Shown here in pieces: positions 56,401-64,000 of a DNA stretch of 64,000 nucleotides. Within the stretch, counting starts at the first letter, position 1; the number at the start of each line of letters is the position of its first letter. A model generated the notes under the pieces. That model made no database searches, was not told the origin of the DNA, and saw only the letters and a program-made list of their open reading frames with translations. The DNA comes from Alphaproteobacteria bacterium (GTDB lineage Bacteria; Pseudomonadota; Alphaproteobacteria; SHVV01), in assembly GCA_965261735.1 (NCBI GenBank), contig OZ253470.1, forward strand, positions 3,616,001 through 3,680,000. The letters run 5' to 3'. A program made the position numbers and the translations under genes.

Positions 56401-59345
56401 GTCGCGCCCGCGATGTCCGCGTCCGCATCGCCGTCATTGGAAACCCACTGGTAGGCGAACACGGCGTTCCCGAGACCGTCCGCGTCGGCGATCTCCGTCA
56501 CCGAGGCCTCCAGCGTCTCGCCGACCCGCGCCGTCCCCGTGACCGCCGGCAGGCCCGTCGGCGCCGTGTTCGACACCGCCGTCCCGGCGCGAGCTACCGT
56601 CGCCACCGCCTGGCCGGGAAGCTTGCGCCCGTCCGCCGTGCAGATCGCCCCGGGCTCACCGCACGCCCCGTCGCCCGGCGACAGCGTCACCGTCACGGCC
56701 TCGTCCGACGACGGCGCCACCGTGATCTCCCACTCCGCGCTGCTCCCGTTCACCCGGTTGGCCTTGCGCACCGCGCCGTTGTCGGCCTGCACCGCCGTGT
56801 CGCGCAGCGTCCGGTAGCTCGAATTCACCGCCTCGCTGAAGCTCAGGCGCAGCACGAACGTCGTCCCCGCGCCCTCGTGCCCGGCCGCGAACGCCGCCGT
56901 CAGCGCCGCCGTCTCGCGCTCATCGGGCGCGGGCGCTGCCGCCCTCACGCTCCGGTAGTTCGACACCCCGCTCAGCTCGCGCCCCCGGATCGCCTTCACC
57001 CGGTAGACGTAGCGCACCCCTTCCTCGACATCGGTGTCCGTCCAGGCGGTATCGGCGCTCCCGGTGTCCTCGGCCACCGGCACAAGCGTGCGCTCGCCTT
57101 CCTCCGGCGCGCGGCGAAGCACCCGGTAGCCCGTCACCTCGTCGGCCGCCGCTTGCGGCGCCTGCCAGGCCAGCGCGTTGCCCGCCACCGTCGCCTCCGC
57201 GCTCAGGCCGCGCGGCCGGCGGCCCGCCGACAGGTCCTCCGTCCAGTCGTCCTTGGATTGTGTCGTTGGAGGGGTCAGGGAGTTCCACGGCAGACCCCCG
57301 CCGCCGGACTTGGTCGTGCGGACCAGGCACTCCGGCGCCGGTCCCTTCCACATCTTCTGCAGGCCGGCGCTGTCGTAGTACCGGTATGGGCCAGAGCCGC
57401 AGGGAAATTCGTCCACTATCTCCTGGAGCCTCGTCACCAGCGGCGTTGTCTCCGCCAGTTCCTGAGCGCTGACTTGTCCATCCGCCAGGATGTTCCGGCT
57501 CCTCGCCTGATATTCACAAGACGCTTCCAGGAGTTGTATCGCGGGAGGCTTGTTCCGGTCCCAATGGGACCTGCCGCAATCCGGGATGCCGGGCTCCGGG
57601 TCGGGGTCGGTGGCGGGGACGGAAACCGTCAGGGTGTAGGTGCCGAGGCCACCGTTACCACTAACCTGAACATACACGGCCCCCGTAACTTCGGCCGTCC
57701 AGATAAGGCGGGCGTTATAGCCGGTGCCCCCGTCATCATCATTTACAGCTGGCGAACCGACCGTAAATCCTTTCGTGACAAACGGATCGCTAAGCGTGCC
57801 CCTGCCTGTCGGCGACCCCTCCACATCAATCTGGTACGTAACGCCCGAGGTGAAGGAGAGACCGAAATAATCGACATCGTTAGCGGCTTGAATATTGCCG
57901 GTTACTGAGCTCCCCAGCGAAACGGTGCAGGTCGTGGTCGAATCGCCGGCGCAGTCGTCCGCCACGGGCGTGGCCGTCGCCTCGTTGGAGGCGTTGGCGT
58001 CGCCCTCGCTGTTCACCGCCCGCACCTGGAAGGTGTAGGCCGTGGCGTTCGTCAGGCCGGTGACGGTGTGGCTCAACGTCCGGGGGCTGTCGGAGATGTC
58101 CATCCAGGATCCGTAGGATCCGCTGGTCTTCTGGCGGTACTCTAACTTGGTGATGGTCGAGCCGCCGTCGTCGAACGCCGTCCACGACAGCGTTACCTGC
58201 GTGTTCCCCGGCGTCGCCGACAGGTCGGCTATGGCGTCGGGGACGGTGGCCGTGGCGCCTTGGTCGATGACGCTCACCGTGCCCGAACCGTCCGTCCCGA
58301 CCGTGTAGTCCGTGTTCGTCTGGATCGTCGCGGTGACCACGGAGTCGCTTTCCACCACGCCGTCGTCCACCGTCGGGACCGACAGCGTCGCGGTTGTGTC
58401 GCCCATGGCGAAGCTCACCGTCTTCGCCCCCTCCTCGGCGGACGCCACCATGTCTTCCGACTCCGAGACCGACACGCTGACGTTGAGCGGCCTCGACGAC
58501 AACAGCACCGGCTTCGACGCCGTCAGGATGAACTCCGCGTTGAAGCCCTCGTTCACGCCGCTGTCGCCGGCGATCGTCACCGTGGCGGGGCCGGTGGTGC
58601 CCGTGACCGCAGTGGACCACGGGCCCTTGCCGTTCCCGTTCACCGCGCGCACGTAGAGGTCGCGCTCGCCGTCGGCAAAGGGCCCTAACCCCGGCAACGT
58701 CGGGACGGGCACGAATGGACCGGCAGTGACGTCAAAGAGACCGATGTTAGCGACCGCCGTGTCCGGACTGGCCCCCGGCCCACGGATCGCTGCCTGATAC
58801 CCCGTGATCGGCGAGCCGCCGTTGTCCGCGGGCGCGGTCCAGTCCAGCTCCACCGCATGATGGCCCTCGGTGACGACGAGGCCGGTCGGGGCCCCGGGGA
58901 CGGTGGGGAGGAGCAGCCTGACCGTTATGGTATTGGTCTGCCAATCGTCTTCGTCATAGGTGTGACGGCTCTCGGCCCAATAGATTCCCACGTTGGTGCT
59001 GCTTACGACTGCGTTGGTCGCGTCACTTGCCTGCAGCGTCGTCGTGCTTCCGCCCACGGTGATTTCCAGGGTCACCCCGGTGTCCGTGAGCAAGTACAGC
59101 CGGTTATCAGAGCCTCCCCTAACCCCAAGCAGTTCAACGGTGTGGGTGGTCGTTTCGACGGTGAACGAGCCGGGACTCAGCGAACCGTGGGTCGTCGTGA
59201 GGTAGGCAGCGGCGGACGAGCCATAGCCGTCGTAAGTGTAGGCACCGACCGTCCAGCTATTGGCCGACGTCAAGGTGGCGTTCCACGCCACGGTTTGCGC
59301 GTGGGACGGTGCGCTCGGGAGAAGGAACATCAGCGCCGCAAGCAA
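53438..59345 (-). pseudogene. Giant surface adhesin / autotransporter-like protein (FN3, PPC-like, Calx-beta-like, tandem Ig-like repeats), barrel truncated by IS1595
   Basis: Signal ending SHA-Q; FN3 motifs (LDWTAP.DNGGSPITGY, YTFQVRAVN); VRYATSDGTATAGADY; AWLARFGRTV linker, then beta-strand-rich C-terminus cut at TPSFE. Confidence 0.8.
55490..56575 (-). repeat. About 3.5 tandem ~300-bp coding repeats
   Basis: N.APTGLP...GTARVGETL.ASV..IADADG...FAYQWV..DG..DADIAGATAASYTL; the last copy is truncated. Confidence 0.9.
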
Positions 59346-59829
59346 CGCGGCTGCGAGGCTACCCCCGAACCGCGCGGGGAAGCGCTTCGCTCGAAGGCGG
59401 GGACTCGGACGCGGCGGACGGCCGCCGGGTGCGTTACCAGAGCGAGAGGACGGAGAGGGTTGCGGTGCGTTGGATTGCGCCCGCCCGCCGGACGCACTAG
59501 CGGACGTGCTAACGTTGGCTTGGCCGCAGCGTCGAGCTTGATTTCATTGCAACGGGTTCGGCGATAGGTCAAGACGAAGCGCATTAGTCGTAGGATCCTA
59601 CGCGACGACTTGATCGTCGCCAGGATGCGCCGCCTTCACATCAAGCCATCACCAAGATTGAAGCCGATTCCGCCACCCGATGGCCGCAGCTTTAATTCTC
59701 CATTAACCACATCTTTGTAAAAAGGGGGGCCGGACAGAGGAATGACCCCCATCGAAAGGGGATTACAAAGAAAGGTTGACATTCTCAGGCTGACTCCCTA
59801 TCTTCAGAGTGTCGGAAGGGAGAGCGGAA

Positions 59830-60804
59830 ATGGCGAAGAAGGCACCCGGAAAAGCCCATCGCGAAGGGATGACCATCGTTGATTTGATGGACATGTTTCC
59901 GACCGAGGAAGCTGCGGCCGAGTGGTTCGAGACGATCATTTGGCCGGACGGTCGCCATTGCCCAAAATGCGGATCGGTCCGCACCCGCGAAGCCTCTCAT
60001 GCGAAGATGCCGTACTGGTGCACGGACTGCCGGTCGTACTTTTCGGTGAAGACGGGGACGGCGATGCAGCGGTCCAAGATCCCGCTGCGCAAGTGGGCCA
60101 TTGCGATCTACCTGTGCCTGACCAGCTTGAAATCGGTTTCGTCCATGAAGCTGCAACGCGATATCGGCGTGTCGCAGCCGACCGCATGGTTCATGCTTCA
60201 CCGTATCCGGGAAGCTTGGGCGGAAGATGACGACGACCAGTTCGATGGCCCCGTGGAAGTGGACGAGACCTATTTCGGCGGCGAGCGTCGGAACATGTCG
60301 AAGGCGAAGCGCAAGGCGATGAACAAGAGCCGTGGCCCAGTCGGCAAAACGGCGGTGGTCGGCGTCAAGGATCGTGATAGCAACGAGGTTCGGGCCGAGG
60401 TCGTGCGTCGGACGGACGGCGCGACGTTGCAAGGCTTTGTCCGCGAGCACACCGAGTCGGGCGCGACGGTCTACACAGATGACGCGGCGGCCTACCGAGG
60501 GATGCCGGAATTCGAGCATGAGGCCGTCAATCACTCGGTCTCCGAATATGTCCGGGGTCAGGCGCACACCAACGGCATCGAGTCCTTTTGGTCGATGCTT
60601 AAACGGGCGCATGCCGGCACGTTCCACAAGATGAGCCCGAAGCACCTTCAACGGTACGTCTCCGAGTTCGCCGGCAAGCACAACGTCCGCAACTCAGGAA
60701 CGCTTGCGCAGATGCGGGACACCGTCGCTCGCCTCATCGGGCGCAGCCTTCTCTACCGTGACCTGATCGCCGACAACGGGCTTCCTTCGGGTTCCGGGGC
60801 GTAA
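59830..60804 (+). CDS. IS1595-family transposase
   Basis: [28 protein letters not shown]. Confidence 0.93.
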   Translation: MAKKAPGKAHREGMTIVDLMDMFPTEEAAAEWFETIIWPDGRHCPKCGSVRTREASHAKMPYWCTDCRSYFSVKTGTAMQRSKIPLRKWAIAIYLCLTSLKSVSSMKLQRDIGVSQPTAWFMLHRIREAWAEDDDDQFDGPVEVDETYFGGERRNMSKAKRKAMNKSRGPVGKTAVVGVKDRDSNEVRAEVVRRTDGATLQGFVREHTESGATVYTDDAAAYRGMPEFEHEAVNHSVSEYVRGQAHTNGIESFWSMLKRAHAGTFHKMSPKHLQRYVSEFAGKHNVRNSGTLAQMRDTVARLIGRSLLYRDLIADNGLPSGSGA

Positions 60805-60891
60805 GGGCTCCGTTCGGCGGAACAGCGCCTTGGCCAGCGCTTCCGGCGTGGCGCTAGCAAGGTCGCGGGCTGGGTCCAGCATTGGCTTCAT
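60694..60891 (-). CDS. Small hypothetical protein inside the IS, overlapping the transposase 3' end in antisense
   Basis: ATG overlaps the cargo TGA (ATGA coupling); MKPMLDPARDLASATPEALAKALFRR. Confidence 0.45.
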   Translation of the reverse strand: MKPMLDPARDLASATPEALAKALFRRTEPLRPGTRRKPVVGDQVTVEKAAPDEASDGVPHLRKRS

Positions 60892-61478
60892 GTTCTATCT
60901 TTCTGCAAATCGTTAAATTCGTATTTCTCCGCTTGTTGGAGCACCGTTTTTAGTGTCGCCTTCGCATCCCGAAGAGCATAAACGCGCGATTGAGCGGCGA
61001 GAGATACGAGAAAAGAGTACCACAGAACGAGAACTCCAACGTTCTCGCTTGATCTGGCGAAGCTAGGTGGTCGATCAGGGCAGTCAACTTTCAGGCGCTT
61101 GAGCGACACCGAAAGCTCCCATAGCTTAGCGCTATAACGTAGAGAAGATCGAGCCGGCATATCGCCATCAATGACCGCGACCAAATTGTCTCTAAGTTCC
61201 ACTATTTCATTATATAGTCGATGAAAAACAACAGACTCTGAAGTCAAGAGGTCCCTTACCCATCTCCATTCGTAGATCCGGTTCCACCAGAAACCGACGA
61301 AGGCGAAGAACCCAATTGTGAGAAGCAAGACGCATGCCATTTCAATAAAAAACGGGTCTAATTCATGCTCGCCATACATCACTTTGCCTTGGATCCATTT
61401 GATCCTAGCCAGCCCGAAACCCCCGGTGACATGAACCCCGAGGCTGACGGCCCGAAGCAGTATGAGTCCCCAATGCAT
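60888..61478 (-). CDS. IS cargo: hypothetical membrane protein
   Basis: 196 aa, AT-richer than flanks, hydrophobic segments (FFIEMACVLLLTIGFFAFVGFWW); promoter-like TTGACA-N16-CATGAT upstream. Confidence 0.65.
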   Translation of the reverse strand: MHWGLILLRAVSLGVHVTGGFGLARIKWIQGKVMYGEHELDPFFIEMACVLLLTIGFFAFVGFWWNRIYEWRWVRDLLTSESVVFHRLYNEIVELRDNLVAVIDGDMPARSSLRYSAKLWELSVSLKRLKVDCPDRPPSFARSSENVGVLVLWYSFLVSLAAQSRVYALRDAKATLKTVLQQAEKYEFNDLQKDRT

Positions 61479-61530
61479 CCGGTCATCATGCCCACCCCGC
61501 CCGTTGTGTCAACCTTTCTTTGTAATTCCC

Positions 61531-64000
61531 CATCGAAACCGCCTTCACTACCGCGGTGCGGCATCACAAGGCCGGCCGGACCGGTCCCGCGGCCGCGCTT
61601 TATCGCGAGATCTTGGCGGATCGACCGGATCATGTCGGTGCTTTGACCAACCTCGGCGCGGTCGCCGTCGCCGCTCAGCGCTTCGACGAGGCGCACACCT
61701 GTTATCGCCGCGTCATCGACCTCGCCCCCGACGACGATGCCGGGTGGGCCAACCTCGGGAACCTGTGTCTGACGCAGCATCGCTATCCCGAGGCCGAAGG
61801 CCACTATCGGCGGGCCCTCCAAATCAACCCGAGCTTGGCCTCGGCGCACGCAAACCTGGGCCATCTTTACGTCTCGCGGGGCCAGTTCGACGAGGCGCTC
61901 GCCCACTACGAGACCGCCGCGGCCGCGGACCCCATGCTGGCAGGTATTCACGTCAGCCGCGGCCTCATTCTCTATGCGCTCGACCGCAACGCCGCCGCGA
62001 AGGCCGCCCTTGTTGAGGCACTCGGGCTCGACCCCGACAACGCGGAAGCTCACCATACCCTGGGGCGGGTGCTGATCGAGCGGGGCGAGCCGGAGCCCGC
62101 GAGAGACCATATCCGCCGTGCCGCCGACCTCGACCCGAGCCCGGCGCAGGTATGGCGCAACCTGGCCAAGGTGCACGCGGCGCTCGGTGAGACCGACGAG
62201 GCAATCCGCTGCTTTCGCGAATGCGTGGATAGGGCGTCGGACGATCCGGACGCGCGCCGCGAGCTCGCGGCCGCCGAGATGCGTAGGGGCGACCTGGCCG
62301 CAGCGCGCCGAAACCTCGAGACCTGCCGGAAGCTCGAGCCCGACGACGTGGAGACCGAGTTCGAGCTCGGAAACCTGTGCCGATGCGAAAACCGGCACGA
62401 CGACGCGATCGCGCATTACCTGCGCGCTGCCGATCTCGGCCCGCAATATCCGGCGATCCGGGTCACCCTGGGTCTGACATTGGAGCTCGTAGGCCGCTAC
62501 GACGAGGCGATCGCGGCCAACCGTGCGGCGATCGCGCTCCGTGCCAGCGCTCCTGCCTTCAACAACCTGGGCAACTGCTACCTTGCGAAGGAAATGATCG
62601 AGGAAGCGGTCGACGCCTACCACTCGGCGATGGCACTCGAACCCGATGCCCTGACGGCTCACAATCTCGGCAATGCGATGCGCTCGCTGCTGCGCCTCGA
62701 GGACGCACGCCATTGGTTCGAGGAGACCATCCGCCTCGATCCGACCATGGCCGCCGGCCATAACGGGCTCGGCAATACCTATCTTGACCAGGGCGACTAC
62801 GCGAAGGCTCGGCGCGCCTACGAAGACGAGCTGGCCGGCCATCCGGACGATCGCGAGCTTTTGTACAATCTGGGTCTCGTGCTCGTCGAAACGGGCGCGC
62901 TCAAGGAAGCCATTTCGGTCGGAAAGCGCGGTGTAGCTTCTAATCCGACCTTTGCGCCGGCCCATTTCAGCCTGGCGCGGGCGTGCGCTGCGAGCGGCGA
63001 GCACCGCGAGGCCCTGAAGTGGGTGCGGGCGGGCCTCGATCTCGACCCCGATGACGTGGCTGGCCTGATGGCCCTCGCCGCCACGTGCGCCCAGCTATGG
63101 ATGCCCGAGCCCGAGATCGCTGCCTTGAAGCGCGTTCTCGACATCGACCCGGGCTGTGGGAGGGCGCTCGCGCTGCTCGTCAACGCGGTGCTCTCGCTGT
63201 GCGACTGGCAGAAGTACCGCGAGTTCAGCGCCAAGCTCATCGAACGCGTCGCGGACCCGGGACAGGACGACATTGCCAGCATCAGCGTGTTCAACCTACA
63301 GGCCCTACCGGTCCCCTATGCTTTCATCGCTGAAGGCGCCCGCGCCGCGGCGCAAGCCGTCACGCGCGAGATGGCACCGCTGGTAGCGTCGACCCGGCTC
63401 CAGCGGCGCGCGCGCGCGTGCAGGGTCGGCTGCGCATTGGCTATCTCCTGCCCTACACCTTCCGCCATAGCCTGCCGCACGTCCTCAAGACCGTTGTCGA
63501 GCACCACGACCGCGACCGCTTCGAGATCTTCGGCTACTCGATCTCGCCCCATGACGGCAGCGCTTTCAGCGCCGCCTACCGCGCGAGCTTCGACCGCTTC
63601 AGCGACGTCGGCGTCGCTTCCCCTGTCGGTGCCGCGCAACGGATCAGCGACGACGGCATCGACATCCTGGTCGACGTGGCCGGCCATACGCCGGTCAATT
63701 GCATGCCCGTCCTGGCCTTTCATCCGGCACCCGTTCAGGCCCATTTCCTCGGCTACTCGATCACGACAGGTGCCGACTTCATCGACTATCTCATCACCGA
63801 CCGAGTGTTCATGCCGGAGCACTGCGCGCGCCACAATCGGGAAAACCACGTGTTCCTGCCCGACACCTTCATGACCGCGCCGCCTGTGGTCATCGCCGAG
63901 GCGTCATCGGGCCGCGCCGAGCTCGACCTTCCGGCAGACGGCTTCGTGTTCGCCAACTTCAATCACCCATGCAAGTTCGAGCCAGAGATCTTCGCCGCGT
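61531..64000 (+). pseudogene. TPR-repeat O-GlcNAc transferase/SPINDLY-like (GT41) gene; first codons (59742-59757) separated by the IS, frameshift near 63420
   Basis: Many TPRs, then in another frame RLRIGYL...HDRDRFEIFGYS...DGIDILVD.AGHT...PAPVQ...DYLITD...FANFNHPCK; removing the IS restores MTPIETAFTTAVRHHKAG. Confidence 0.85.

Larger units (their letters stand above)
59758..61530 (+). mobile_element. IS1595-family type D cargo-carrying element, intact
   Basis: 24-bp TIRs GGG(G/A)ATTACAAAGAAAGGTTGACA; perfect TSD CATCGAAA (59750-59757, 61531-61538). Confidence 0.93.

Noticed and set aside
55490-56575. Tandem repeats as a CRISPR array or DGR template
   Set aside because: In-frame protein domain repeats; no reverse transcriptase or spacers in the window.
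54402-57908. 1168-aa plus-strand ORF and many other long Arg/Pro-rich ORFs
   Set aside because: Antisense or frame shadows of GC-rich real genes and transposases.

Overview
High-GC, alphaproteobacterial-looking region in advanced insertion-sequence (IS) expansion. By my hand tally about 30 of 64 kb is IS DNA from the IS3, IS21, IS110/IS1111, IS256, ISKra4, IS630, IS1380 and IS1595 families, much of it nested. Between the IS lie a few intact genes (Rieske ferredoxin, two ABC substrate-binding proteins, a MetE-like enzyme, two VOC proteins, sthA, DUF3179, hydantoinase/oxoprolinase A and B, an SLT-like lipoprotein, higB-higA/IrrE). Many remnants of defence genes are also present (NspV-like R-M pair, CD-NTase, NACHT NTPase, PaeR7I-like methyltransferase, ABC-3C, HsdS), plus a truncated giant autotransporter-like adhesin. 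Most notable: (1) an IS1111-type recombinase whose downstream non-coding end carries candidate bridge/seekRNA guides matching its own donor junction and a site inside a co-resident IS256; its second copy has apparently deleted the IS256 transposase by recombining with a donor-like pseudo-site; (2) IS1595-family elements carrying cargo genes, one with inward-facing promoters built into both terminal repeats; (3) a higB-higA/IrrE-CD-NTase operon; (4) an inversion inside a restriction endonuclease gene, shown by swapped target-site duplications (TSDs). Family assignments are from motif recognition only; no searches were run.
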